From NCBI RefSeq assembly GCF_018350175.1, contig NC_058369.1, forward strand, positions 3,908,001-3,972,000: a DNA stretch of 64,000 nt. The letters run 5' to 3'. The DNA is from Felis catus (taxonomy: Eukaryota). Both the position numbers and the translations under genes were made by a program. Of this stretch, positions 1 to 12,600 are shown piece after piece (within the stretch, counting starts at the first letter, position 1; every line of letters starts with the position of its first letter). The notes under the pieces were generated by a model. It did not search any database. It was given only the letters and a program-made list of their open reading frames with translations, and was not told the origin of the DNA.

Positions 1-1896
1 TAATTAAACAAAAATGTTCGTCGCGTACCACATTGCGCCCGGTTCCTCGGAGTTTAATTAAAACAACAGCACGGGAGGCGTGAGCGGGGTCCACAATCAG
101 ATGGTGGGGGGAGGGAGGCGGGGAGAGCCGGGCCCAAGAGCCCAGACCTTCCCCGCTCGGCCGGGGGACCCTGCGGCTCGGGGCCCGGGTGGGGGACGCC
201 CGGAGGACGGGCGCTCCTGGGTCAGAGGCCCCGGGGCTGGGCACCCGGCCCGGGCCCCGCGTCCTCCGGGCGGCCGGAGAGCGGAGCGCAGCCAAGGAGG
301 CCTCGATGGGGGGCGGGGAGAGCAGACGGGTCTTTCCCAGACTCCCCGCGACTGGGCGGTTAATAGATTCACAGCGTGTCCTTTTAACTCTCCGAGCGCT
401 TACAATGGAGGCTGGCACGGGACAGCGGGAGGCAGGCTGTTCCGTCTGTGCCCGGGAAAGGTCAGGGCAAGAATATCTATTGGGCAGAGGCGGGGCGGGC
501 CGGGCTGGGCAGACTCCCCGCCCCCCTCCCCCCCTGCCCCAGGCCTCCCCCTGCAGGGTCTCGGGACCCACGCGAAAGAAAGTACAGGGCGTCCTGTTAA
601 ACAGACGGTGGGGGCAGAGCCTTCTGAGGGAGGGGCTCTGTGCAGATGACCCCCGGGGTCTGACGCAAAGTGGCCCTGACCCCCAGGGTCCGCTGCCCTG
701 GGTGATGCCAGAGAATGCCACCCCGGGTAGCCACCTCCCACCAAAGGGCTGCCCGTGGCTCATGCTTAAAGCTAGGAGAGGGCCAGGGTGTCCCTGTAGG
801 CGACACGCAGGACCCACCCACCCGAGGGGCACAGAGGGGCTGGTGGCAGCCGCCTGCTGGGCACCGGAGTGAGAAGAATGATGCCCGGTAACTGGTCAGC
901 CAAGCGCTCCTTCCTGGTTCACGTAGCTACCCCTTGCGGCCAGCGTCATTTCCCTACTTGGGGGGTGACGAAGTGCAGCTCAGAGGGGTTTATTAACTTG
1001 CCCCGGGGCCACACAGCGCTAGAGGCTAAAACCACCTTGCAACAGAGCGGGCAGAAGAGAGAGGCTGGGGTGGGGGGTGGGGGGGTCTGTGGCGAGGCTG
1101 TCTGAAGGAGGAGGCTTTTTGTAAGGAGACAGAGATTTCCTGGTGCCCCCAGCCCCCCCCCACAAACGAGGCTTAGAAAACAGCCCAGCAAAGCAGGGTT
1201 CCCGAAGGATCTGTGTGCACGTATGGGAAGGGGGGGGTACCTGTTTGTGCCCATCCATTCCTTTGGGGGAACCACCCCTTACTGACCCTGCCTGTGTGGG
1301 CAGACACACCCTGGACTCCAGGGAGAACTCTGCCAAGCAGGCTATCTGCTCCTCGGGAATGGTCATCCAACCCAAGCTGGGCCAATGAGCAGTCATCCTG
1401 GGCCACCCCGTCCTCTTTGGGTTGGTGGCCCCGGAGCCTGGAGCGGATGGGGGGGGAATCCCGAGGACACAGTCAATATGGAAGCAGACAAACCCAGAGG
1501 CAGAGGGAGGGTGAGGGCTAAGAACACCGTACGAGCTCCTGGATCTAGCTGAACCTGAAGCCGGCCACAGCGTGGCCATTTTAATGACACGGATCGACGA
1601 ATTCCCTTTGTGACGTGAACCAGGTTGAGGTGGACCAGGCTCTTGTAATCAGAGGGGCAAGATCGAGATGACGAATGGTGACAGCGCTAGTCCCTTAACG
1701 CGGCTCTCCTGAAAAGCCTCAGTAAATCCCTCCCGCCAGGCTCTGGACCCCGGTGGTGTGACAGGCTGGGGAAGGGACATCACGGTGCCCCAAAGAGACA
1801 AATCCAAAGCAAGACTTCCGATGCTTCTTCCTCTCAGGTTTGTCCCTCCCCCCCCCGCCCCCACCTACCCTCCCCACCCCCCCGGGAGGCCAGTAC

Positions 1897-2038
1897 CTCG
1901 GAGGACAGTGAGTTTCGCGTGGACCGTGACCTCCCCGACCGAGTTCTGTGCCACGCACTCGTACACGTTCTCATCCCGGGGTGTCCGCAGTGGCTGGATC
2001 CTCAGCACGGCCCCCGCACTCTGGTCAAACTCGATCGT
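1897..2038 (-). CDS. PTPRS: PTPRS exon 4 (second half of Ig1: [47 protein letters not shown]); gene continues beyond window start
   Basis: Acceptor cccacggcag|ACG and donor CGAG|gtactg. 142 nt, phase 0 to phase 1. Ig I-set D-x-x-x-Y-x-C motif present. Confidence 0.98.
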
Positions 2039-2504
2039 CTGCCGTGGGCGAGGGGAGAAAGGTGAGGCCGGCGACCGGGACAGGGGCTGGGCCTGCGTCC
2101 TCCACGGGCACCCCGTGCACAAATGCGCCACGGGCAGAGACTGGGCCCGGGGACGTGCAGGAGGGCGCGTGGGCATGTGGGTGCGTGAGCGGCACAGGGG
2201 AGTCCGTGTGACAGGCGCGTGAATCGTGCCGCGTGTACAAGTGCGGCTGATGCGTGAGACGAGACAGAGAGGGCGGGGCCTTGCCTGAGGCCACACAGCA
2301 CACAGCCTGCAGGGCCGGGAGGACCCCTGAGCCGGCAGGCGGGGACACACGGCCGGGGAGGGGGGACAGTTGCTCTGGCCACGGAGGGTGGCAGCCCGTG
2401 TGACCCCTGGGAGATATTTCTGCGACGTCTGTGGCCGAGCTACGGCCGCCCCGCGTGCGGAGGGGGCTCTGCCGCCCGACTGTCTCCCCTCACCCCAGAC
2501 TCAC

Positions 2505-2650
2505 CTCAAAGCGTTGTGAATTGACCTTCTTGCCTTTCTTGTTCCAGGTCACCCGTGGCTTGGGGTCGCCCGTGGCCTGACACACGAAGGAGGCCACGCC
2601 CCCCGACACGCCGATCTGGTCCTTGGGTTCTTTGATGAACCTGGGGGGCT
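2505..2650 (-). CDS. PTPRS: PTPRS exon 3 (first half of Ig1: [49 protein letters not shown])
   Basis: Acceptor tatctccag|AG and donor GAG|gtgagt. 146 nt, in frame with exon 2. Contains the LAR-family KKGKK loop and the first Ig cysteine. Confidence 0.98.
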
Positions 2651-4021
2651 CTGGAGATACAGCAGGAAGAGGAGGGGTGTGGCGGGCCCAGGCAGGAGGC
2701 CAGGACCCCACGGGGCCACGCAGACGTGCCCTCTATCCCCGACCCAGCCACAAAGTACCACGTGGGCCCCGGGGAAGGGGAGGGAAAGGAGGAAGGCAGA
2801 GAAACGCTGAGTCCGAACGCCCTCCCCACGCCCACGCCCGAGACCACAGCCGCACACGCTCCCAAGTGCGCCCGAGACATGGGAGATGGGGAGCCCTCCC
2901 CCAAGACTCTGGGGTCCTCAGACTTGGCACCTGGAGGCCCCCAGTGGCGCCCGGCCAAGCCCTGGAGGGTCCTTGGCCCTAAAGACTTGGAAGGAGGTGA
3001 CTGGTCTGATCCCTGCTGGGACCGGTGGGGAAAGTGAGGCACCAAGCGGAGTAGCAGCAGGTGACCAAGGGATGTGAGGTCAGAGCCCGCATTTTCAACC
3101 CGGGGCTCCAGCCTCTCAATCCCTGGGAGGCGTCCGTCCCAGCAAGAGGGGTCAGCGCTGGGAGCAGAAGTTCAGAAAGGGCGGTCTGGTTTCCTGAGGC
3201 CCAAGATGCTGACAACCAGCACAGCAGGCACTTACTGGGCGCCTAGTGTATGCAGGGGGCTAGCTCCGCAACATTTCACCCTCGGACAGCGCTGAGTGCC
3301 GGGGCCGCCACGGTCCCCACACGATAAAACTTTAGGCACAGAGAAGCAAGGCCTTTGCTTCGACGCACGGCCAGCCGGCGGCCGAGCCGAGCCGTGAAAC
3401 GGGCTGGCTCACAACTGATCTGACGGACTCGGTCTCTCCAGAAGGTCTCGGGCGGGGCCTGCTGCGTCTTTAACCCCGTCCACAGCCTCGGCTCCGCCCC
3501 TTGGACACGTGACAGTGTCCGTGGAGGTACATCGCCATTACTTTCTTTCTTACTGACTTTTCACAGTAACCTCCAAATGGCCCAAAGGGACAATGGATTT
3601 CCTCTCCTAGCGATGCTACAATGTATCTCGTTCAACGAATTCAGTTACTCCCGAGACTTTTCCCAACAGCTTCCGGGGCTGGACCGGCTGGCAAGGTCCC
3701 TCGGGAAACAACGTCCGTATCCAACAAAAGGGGACCGGCTGAACGTATCCTGGGACCAGGGTGCGTCTCTCACTACTAGGGAAGGAACAGCACGGGACAG
3801 ATGTTGTCGCGTGGGAAAAAGGACAGCGGATGTTCCTGTTTGCGTGAAAAGAAACATAAAAAGGGCCAAAGAGAAATGGGGCGGGGGAAAGGGAGCACGC
3901 GCGTGTGTGGAGATGAGGGCCGCCCCAGGAGAGAAACCAGGCGGCTGGACACAGTGGGAGAAGCCCTTCCGACCTGCTACCTTTTTGAGATTTACAACTA
4001 TTTAAAGATAAATAGAAATGA

Positions 4022-4234
4022 TTTTTTTTTTAATTTTTTAAAATGTTTATTTTTGAGGGGGGGGGACGGGGCATGAGTGGGGGAGGGACAGAGAGGGAGA
4101 CACAGAATCCGAAGCAGGCTCCAGGCTCTGAGCTGTCAGCACAGAGCCCGACGTGGGGCTCGAACCCACGAACTGTGAGATCATGACCTGAGCTGAAGTT
4201 GGATGCTTAACCGACTGAGCCACCCAGACACCCC
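4022..4234 (-). mobile_element. Can-SINE (felid SINEC_Fc-like)
   Basis: Reverse complement of GGGG-GCCTGGGTGGCTCAGTCGGTTAAG head, (CT)n and A tail. TSD aaatagaaatgattttt at 4010-4026 and 4235-4251. Confidence 0.92.
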
Positions 4235-4246
4235 AAATAGAAATGA

Positions 4247-4432
4247 TTTTTTAAGTTTACTTATTTATTCTGAGAGAGAGAGAAAGAGAGAGAGTGCATA
4301 CACACGGGAGGGGCAGAGAGAAGGACAGAGAATCTCGAGCCTGATGTGGGGCTCGAACTCATGAACTGAGATCAGGACTTGAACGGAAACCAAGAGTTGG
4401 ACGTTTCACTGACCGAGCCACCCAGGCGCCCC
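4247..4432 (-). mobile_element. Can-SINE (older, diverged)
   Basis: gagccacccaggcgcccc head on the reverse strand, GA tract, T tail. Confidence 0.85.
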
Positions 4433-4463
4433 AGAAAGGATTTCTTAAGAAACAAGATTTTGA

Positions 4464-4657
4464 GGGGCCCCTGGGTGGCTCGGTCGGTTGGGCATCCGAC
4501 TTTGGCTCAGGTCACGATCTCACCGTTCGTGAGTTCGAGCCCCGTGTCAGGCTCTGTGCTGTCAGCACAGAACCCCCTTCAGATGATCCTCTGTCCCCCT
4601 CTCTCTGCCCCTCCCCTGCTTGTACTCTCCCCCAAAACATGCATATTCTAAAAAAAC
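4464..4657 (+). mobile_element. Can-SINE
   Basis: ggggcccctgggtggctcggtcggtt head and gagttcgagcccc B box. Confidence 0.88.
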
Positions 4658-6679
4658 GCAAGATTTGGATAAAAAGGTGAGCTGATAAAAGAAAAATATT
4701 AGGGAAGCAAAAGGCTGGGGTCCGAGGAGGAGCAGACAAGAGGCCGCCTCGAGCTATGTACAGCAATCCTGGGTCCCTAAGCCTCTGAGATCAAAGGAAA
4801 CAGCAGAGGCCCGCGTGGGTTCGCTTGGAAAATTCTGGATGCCTGGAAGCCTGAAGCAGCTCAAGGAGGCCTCGGGAGCCCAGTCTTGGTGCCCACAGGC
4901 CCCGGCTTCTCCCACCCACGGCTCAGGCGAGGCTTTGAACAAGGGGTGCCCGTCCCAGTGGCCTGAGTGGCCTCGCCTCCCTTATTCAAAGCTCTGCTCC
5001 CCCTGATGTGACCGTGTGTGACTTTAGGGGCCATCTCTTGAAAACTGGCCGCCGTGTGCAGCCCCACGAAGCCGTGACTGTTCGTCATCTTGTGCAGATT
5101 CAGGGTTAAGAAGCTTCCGGGAGGTCACACGGCCCAGAGGACACCACCCGGGTTTGAACCCGGGGTCTTTCTGTCCACAGGCGCACGTCTTAGGCTCCTA
5201 TCGCCTCCAGGCCGTGGGCCTGATTCAGATGTTTTGCTCCTTGCTGAGCCGGGGCTGGGCCGGCCCCTCCCTGGCTCTGACGGCCTCGGTCGCCCCTCCT
5301 CCAAGCCTCGGAACGGTGACTGGGGCCATATGTGTCCCCAGCCAGCGTCACGGAGGAAAGTCACTGTGGCCGGGGCAGGAATCTTACTTCGGGGGAAATC
5401 CTCCCTCGGGAGCCCCCGGAAGGAGGGGCAGAAGTGGGCTGCAGGAGGCATCCAGCTAGCCGTTGATGAGCCCGGACACGCTCCCCTAGGCCAGCACCTC
5501 CCCTGGGGAGCCTTCTCAGATTACCACGGGCTGGGTCAGGAGCTCCTCTGTGCACACGGCCGCCTGGGCGTCCCCCCTCACAGCCTTGACCACGCTGGGC
5601 CAAGATACCTGGTCCCGTGCCACTCGGCAGGGGGGGCACGGGGCCACCCCCACTCCCCGGTGACCCTTGAGAAAATGGGGCTCTTGACCTGAGCCCCCCG
5701 CTCTCTGCAGGGCAGACGCCCTCCCAGGCTACCCCCAGGCGGCTCTGGGGTGACACACAGCCTGGAAGAGACCGGTCGGCTCGCCGCGCCCCCACGCCAA
5801 CATTTCGTGTGGACGCCTGGAGTCTCCCGTCTGGACAAACCCTCCCCTCCTCCTCTTGGCAAAGGGCCCCCCCCCGACACAAGAAAGGCACTCTGGGGTG
5901 CGGCCGTCCGTCCCGGGCCAGGGGACACCCAGCGTGATGCTTTCGCCGGGGACCCAGAGAGGCAAAACCAAGGCTCAGAAAGGGTGAGACCTGCTGGGGG
6001 TCACCCAGCTTGTGATGGACGAGAAGCTCCTGGGACCCCACCCGGGGCCCCTGGAAACAGCACCGTCGACGAACGGGGAGGTGGGTCCTCGGGACCGAGA
6101 GCGCCTCGGCATCTCCGTGTCACCCACGAGGAGACCTGAGGGTCAGGGGGGTGATACGAACAGCACGGAGGCTGCGTGGAACGCCCCGGCCCGAGTTCTG
6201 TGTTTCCAGCTCGGGTTCTGCAGAGCAGAAGCCGGACCAGAGCCGGAGACCCCACCCGCCGGGCCCCTCCAACCCGCCTGGGCCTGCCCCACGGCATCCT
6301 GGGAAGGCCCCGCAGGACCAGAAGCCCTTGCTGGGGCACAACTCGCTCCTCTCGGAGCCGGCTGGGGGCTCCCGCTGCCCACGTGGGCCCTCTGTGGCCT
6401 GAGAGCCCCCACCCTCAAGCTGGCGGCACAGATCACGGTGCCTGTAGCTCCCCCTACGCCCCGCGGGGTCCCAGAGGACACAGCGCCTGTGGAGCAGACC
6501 CGCCTCCGGGGGCAAGATGCCTCCGCCTCCGGGAGGAAGATCTGGGTCTGAGGGTCGGGCAGGAGCGACACCGCAAATGACAGGGCAACAACGACCCAGG
6601 GCCCACCAACGGAGCCCCCCTGAGCCAGCCCCAGCTGCCCACCTGGGTGACACTCTCCACCTGCTCACTGGGAGCAACG

Positions 6680-7230
6680 CAGTCACCTGGGCCCCGCCCT
6701 CACCCCGTCTGTGCTCCCTGCGGCGGCCACCAGAGGGCGCCCGTGAGCACCCGAGCCAGGTGCCGCCTTCCTCTGCCCGCAGCCCTCCAGGACTCCCACT
6801 CTCCCGGAGGAGAAGCCCCAAGTCCCCTCTGAGGCCCCCAAGGCCCTCCCCTCTTCCCTGTCTCCCCCTCGCTCACTCTACTCCAGCCACGCGGGCTTCC
6901 TCCAACATTCCTGGGTCCTGCCCCAGGGCCTTTGCACGTACTGTTCCCTCTGCTTCGGACACTTCCCCTCCCCCCCAGATGCCCACAGGGTGCGCTTCTC
7001 AGCTCCCTTAGGTCTCTGCTCAGATGCCACCTCCTTCCCTGATGTTCCCCCATCCCTTTAAAATGCAGCCCCCACCCTTCCTCTCTACACCCACATCCCC
7101 AGATGTCCACCATCCAACACACGCAGTGCTTCTCCCTCGCTAGATGATGAGCTCCGGAAAGGGGTGGGACGTTTTTCTCCCGCGTCTAAACCAGTGCTCG
7201 GCACACAGTAGGTGCTTATGAGAAACGCAC
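6680..7230 (-). mobile_element. L2-derived element; related copies at ~11670-11965, 17800-18400, 20095-20345, 25990-26430, 30060-30480, 52770-53290. Many MIR fragments are also scattered through the window
   Basis: L2 hallmark ccccagggcctttgcac-tgctgttccctctgc and gcacacagtaggtgct end, preceded by a shared variant segment ccaccagagggcgcccgtgagcacc. Strand assignment is tentative. Confidence 0.7.
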
Positions 7231-7633
7231 CGAATGAGGGAGAGCACAGATCTGCCGTGGGCACACGACAGAGCCAGGATGTAAACCCAGGCCAGGGTAG
7301 TCCCCAAATTCTGTGGCCCCCCCTCAATCACAATCTCTGGCTCTGGCAGCCTCAGTTTCCCCAAGGCTGGCAAAAACCACCGCGCCAAGATGCCAAGGCA
7401 GTAACCGCGTTATTTACTCAACTCGCGGAAGTAAAACTCGTAGTTCTCAGCTGGGGGCGAGGCATTCTTGCCTGGGGTCACCTGTGGTCGGCACAACTGG
7501 GGGTGGGGGTGGGGGGCTCCTGGCGGAGAGTGGGTGGGGCCAGGGATGCTGCTATACCCTCCCCCCACCCCAGACAGTGCCCGGGACAACCGCCCCAGGG
7601 AACAAGCTGACCCTGCATTAAATAAATGAATGA

Positions 7634-7846
7634 GGGCCCCTGGGTGGCTCGGTCACTGGGCATCCGACTCTGGCTACAGCTCAGATCGTGACCTAACGGT
7701 TCATGGGATCAAGCCCCGCGTTGGGCTCCACGCTGACAGCAGGGAGCCTGCGTGGGATTCTGTCTCCCTCTTTCTCCGCCCCTCCCCCACATTCGTGATC
7801 TTTCTTGCTCTCTCAAAAATAAGTAAACGAACGAACGAATGAATGA
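7634..7846 (+). mobile_element. Can-SINE (diverged)
   Basis: Head ctgggtggctcggtc, CT-rich body, ctcaaaaataagtaaac tail. Confidence 0.82.
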
Positions 7847-9013
7847 AATACTAAAACACCTAGCACCTCGGCTTGCTGTTCCACCACCTGGAACAGAGCC
7901 CAGCGAGGCACAGGTCCTGGGAAGTGACCAGATGGATGACAGCCCGGCCGCGGCTGGAAGCTACTGGCCCGGGGCGGGGGGGGGGGGGGGGGGGCGGGGA
8001 GCGTGGTGTTGACAGTCAGGACACCGGGGCTCTCACAAAACACAGCCTGGCCACCTCCTGGCCGTCACGGAACGTCACTGTGGCTCAGTTCCCCCATCTG
8101 TACTACGGGAACAGTGACAGCAGCGTTCATCCCGTCAGGCTGCGGTGGCTGATCTGAACGCGTTCGGCATTTGCTAAAAAAACAACACGAAAGCAAGGAA
8201 AAGCACAAACAGACGCGGCAAGCGTGCGCGTCTCTGTGCTCACCCGGCGGCAGTGATTACCGCGCCCGTGGTAACGTGGGACCGTGGGCCTACTACGTGC
8301 CAAGCAGCCACGGGGCCTTATTGTGCGTCCTTGCCACGCGAATGCTGGGACGCAGACGTGTCTGTGGAAACGGAGGCTGAGAGAGGTTGAGCCACCAGCC
8401 CCAGGTCACACAGCAGGTGACGGCAAAGTCAGGATTCGCACCCCGACTAACCGCAGATCCCTGCTTCCTTCCTGCTGCCCTGACGGATACCTCTAGGCCC
8501 CTGACGGTAGGTCGGGTCTCAGCGTGGGGCCCAGGGCTGACCCTCATTCTTTCCACGTTACTGCCAGTACCGAAGCCTCGCCCGCCCCCAGCGACACCAG
8601 CCCCTTTCTTCACCTCCAGGCCTTTCTCCGTGCTCGCGCCTTCACCAGTAACGCTCTTTCCACCAGCGAACTCCTACACACCCACAAAGCCCCAGCTCCA
8701 ATGCCCCCTCTCCCAAGAAGCCTCCCCTGGCTCCACCTGTGCAAGGTCATGGACCCAGCACGCTCGGCTCTAAGCAGGCCAAGTCTGTATTTAGCACCGG
8801 GCTCGGCACAGAGCCGATGACATCGTCGTTACCGGTATTGCTGTTTATGCCATCGTTATCCCTGGCCTCCGAACCTCCCGGGACCGGGGTCCGGTAGGCG
8901 CTTCAGGCAGCCTCATTCGTGGAGCACAGAGGCCCCGGGGAGGAGGCGGGGACACACGTCCACTCGCAAACGTGTACACTCAGACGCCCGCACACCCCGC
9001 AGGAGGCGCTTAC

Positions 9014-9104
9014 CTTCTGCCGTGCAGCCTCCGACCAGCAGGACCACGAGGAGGCCCACGGGACCGACCACAGAGGCCACTCCGGGGCCCCAGGCAGGCA
9101 CCAT
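9014..9104 (-). CDS. PTPRS: PTPRS exon 2, coding part (start codon and signal peptide MVPAWGPGVASVVGPVGLLVVLLVGGCTAE)
   Basis: ATG at 9104 in strong context (AGCATGG). Hydrophobic signal peptide resembles the recalled human MAPTWGPGMVSVVGPMGLLVVLLVGGCAAE. 91 coding nt, ending at a phase-1 donor GAAG|gtaagc. Confidence 0.96.
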
Positions 9105-9200
9105 GCTGGGCAGCTACCTGCGACCTCCGACCTCCGCCCTGGAGGGCGACGGCCCCCCCGGTCCCTCACGAAGAGGCCTCAGCGTCAGACGGGACAGCGT
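9105..9200 (-). other. PTPRS: PTPRS exon 2, 5' UTR part
   Basis: Polypyrimidine tract and acceptor (cccctctcccctctcacggcccctccgttgtctctgcag|ACG) at 9201, 96 nt upstream of the ATG. Confidence 0.85.
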
Positions 9201-9454
9201 CTGCAGAGACAACGGAGGGGCCGTGAGAGGGGAGAGGGGCAATCCGGGGGGCCTTCGTGGCGGAGGGAGGAGAGGAGGGTCATGGGGTTGGGGGAAAGGG
9301 TTACGGGACAATGGGGCGGGGGTCGCGGGGCGCTGGGGAGGCAGAAGGAAGGTGCGTGCCCCCCCCACATCCCCGCCCTGAAACCCACCCTCCGTGTGAT
9401 GGTGTTAGGAAGCAGGGCCTTCGGTCACAAGGGTGGGGCCCTCGGGAACGGGAC

Positions 9455-9625
9455 TAGCGCCTAGAAGAGACCCCAGAGGGCCCCCTCAGCCCCTCTGCCT
9501 CGTGAGCACGGGGCCAGAGGACCCTTGATCTTGAACTCCCAGCCTCCAGAACCGTGAGACACACGGGGCTGCTGTTTGTAAGCCACGGGGCCTGTGGGAT
9601 TTTGCGTGGCCGTCCCAGTGGCCTG
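9455..9625 (+). mobile_element. MaLR (MLT1-like) LTR fragment
   Basis: ccttgatcttgaactcccagcctccagaaccgtgaga...ctgtttgtaagccac matches the recalled MLT1 pattern. Confidence 0.7.
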
Positions 9626-12600
9626 AGACGCCCCCCCACCCCGCCACCGGCCGCTGGCTGAGCCCCCCCCCACCAACGGAGCCCGGACCTCAGAGCCTCG
9701 CCGAGCCCCCAGGCAGGACGGAACACCTCCCCGCCCAGGCTGGGCCTCCGGAAAGACGAGGCCCCAGCTGGTGCTGCTGGCCGACTGGGCGCCCCGTTCA
9801 GCCCCCAGACAGATCGTCCCTCCGCCCACCTGCCGGCCCCTGCCCCCTGCCCTGTTCTAACGCCTCCGCGGCTCCCGCTGCCCCCAGAGGAAGCTGCTTC
9901 TGCTAGGACTTCCTCTCCCGGAGGCGCAGCCACACGGAGCTCAGTCCCGCCGGCGAGCCCTGGCCCTGCTGTGCCCTCTGCTGTCCCCCCACGGCTGCGT
10001 GACAGGTCTCAGCTCAGCTGTCACTTCCTCCAGAAGCTCCCCTCCCCACCCCCGCCGCCCGGTTCACATCCCGCAGCCTCCGACATGAGTAAGGCCGCCT
10101 TCCGCACCTTCACCCCAGGGTGCAAATCACACGCGAACGCGCATCGCTCAGAATCGGTTCCTCCGAGGATCTGAGCTCTGCCAGGGTGGAAGGGCCCCTG
10201 GTCACAAAGCCCCCTCCCCAGTCTTCTCCGCTTTGGCCAGAGCCAGGGCAGAGGGCCGGGGAGAGGCAGGGAGGGGCCCAAGGATGAGGCCCCCGTGGCC
10301 GGGTCGGCCCCACGCCCGCCCCGGGCCGTGCCCCGGGCGGGTCCGGGCCATGACCACAGGGATAGGTGCCACATAATGATGGAGCAAGTCCCTGTGATTC
10401 TGGCTCCCAAAATACCCAGCTGCGGTCGCCTCGCCCGGCCCCAGAGGGGCCCCAGGAGGAGGCCGGGCTGGTGGTGGCCTGATCATGGCTCGGGGTCGGG
10501 GGTGGGGAAGCCAGGATGGGAGGGGGAGGGTCAGGGGGACCCGCCCTGCACACAGTCAGACCAGACAGGGCGAAGGACGCCTGCACACGGGCCACAGACG
10601 GACCCCAGACCCACAAGTGCGTTCGCACAGTCAGGCGACAGAGACGGGTCCGCTCACGGAGTCGGGCAAATAACACCCGCACGCGGGCCACGAAACAGGC
10701 ACAGAATCAGACCTCAGACGCACAGAGCCAGACGACACACACGCACAGGGTCACGGGCGGGTGGACGAACCGCGTAAAAAGCGGGGTCAGATCCGGGCCA
10801 GCGGCACCCGCGCACCCCGGACCCAGACGTGTGCCCGCGGTCAACCAGACGGACGCGCAGACACGCACGCAGCCTCACCACAGACACACACGGCAGGTGG
10901 GTAAAGAGAAGCCCAGGGCACAGCCCCGTCCCCTGTGCCCCCCGCCGTGGGGGGGGGGCTCCGGCCCAGACAACACGGGTCAGCTTGGGCGGGCCCTCGG
11001 AGAGCCTCTGGGGAAACTGAGGCCGCACAGAAAGCCTGCCTGGGGAAGGGGCGGGGGCTCAAACTCGGGGCTGCTGGGCCCACCACGGACCCCAGGGAGG
11101 GCGACCTCCTTCTCCCCCTCTGCCTGCCCGCCCCCAGAATGCAGGCGTGGCGCAGAGGTCCCAGACGGGCCCCGTGCCCGGGAGGGGCTCCAGGAGCAGC
11201 CGCCTTCAGAACAGGGCGGCCCCTAATTACCCCCTGGCTCCCAGAGCCCCGGCCTCGCAGGGCCCACGCCTTCTCAACGTCTGGGCAGGACGGGGCTAAT
11301 CCAGGCACGGGCGCCTCCAAATCTGCCACGCCAGCCCGTGGAGGAAGGGCGCAGCCCTGGGGGCGTCCAGGGCCCCGGACGGCACAGCGGGAAGGGGGGG
11401 CAGGAGGCGGGGAGGGGAGCGTCACACGCCCCACAGAAGGGACAAGGTTCCAGGCTCCCTCGGGCCCCGTCCCCCTCTCCCCCTCCCCCCGGGGAACTTG
11501 CCACGAGGCGCGCCCCTGGCGCTGGCGGTGGGGTCTCCTGCAAGGGGTCGAGGAAAAACATCACTGAGTCCCATCAGTTCTGCCTTCCAACTCTAGCAGG
11601 TCTCTGCTCACGTCTTACCCCTTCCTCCACCTCCACCCGGTCCAGCCCCATCATCTCCCACCGGGGCCAATGCACCCAGCTCCCGCCCACGCCCCCACAG
11701 TCTCTCCTCCCCCCGAAGCCACAGGGCACCTGAATCAGATGCTGCTCTCCTCTGCCCATGCCCTTCCAAGGCTCCTACCTCCCCCGGGGCCAAAGCCCCA
11801 GGCCTCCCCTGACTCCCCAGGCCCTGCACCACCTGCCCCATCCTCTCCCTGTCCTTCCCTCCTCCCTCATTCTGCTCCAGCCATGCAGGCCTCCTTACTG
11901 TTCCTCCAACATGCCGGGCATGGTCCTGCCCCAGGGCCTTTGCATGTGCTGTGCCCACTGCCCACATTTAATATCATTCGGCTGAAAATTAAAGGGCGAA
12001 TGGGAACAGGGAGGGTGTCTCGGCACAAAGAACAGCACGAGGAAGGGCAAGAAACGGAACCCAGAGATCCTAGGAGAGGGAGGGGAGAGATTTGGGCAGA
12101 GAGGTAGGTATGGACTGGACCCACAGGGCACGAAGGAGCCCTTGGCAGCTCTGAGCTGGGAGGGACCTGGCCGGGTTGACACCTGACCGAGCCTCCTCCC
12201 TGCCCCTCTTGCGGTAAAGCACCCTGGGCCGCCAATCCTGCCCCTGTTGAGAAAAAGAAACTGAGGCAGGTGCACTGGGGCTGAATAAGGCGGCAACCCC
12301 AAGCTCCTGGAGATGGCGTGGCCGTTAACAAGGAAGCAGCCACCCGTGGGAGTCGCAGAAAATAACTCAGATGGCAAACGAGGCTGGGCTCTGGGGAGGG
12401 GGGGGAGGGAGGGAGGAGAACCCTGGGAGGGGCCCCGCCCACCGCGCCCGGCCATCAGCGAGAGCGGCCTCCGTGGCAGGGGCTGCCTGTCGGAGGCAGG
12501 TGCCCCCCCCCCCTTCACAGATGAGAAAACTGAGGCTCACGGAGGCGCGGGGACTCGCCCCAGGCCCCTGGGTGGGACCCTGGGTCCAGAGCCCACGTTT

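Noticed and set aside
1..1896. PTPRS micro-exons meA/meB or exon 5
   Set aside because: No matching peptide found; they are expected further downstream, outside the window.
3272..3292. Possible REST/RE1 site (GGACAGCGC)
   Set aside because: Only the right half matches, and it sits in MIR-like sequence.
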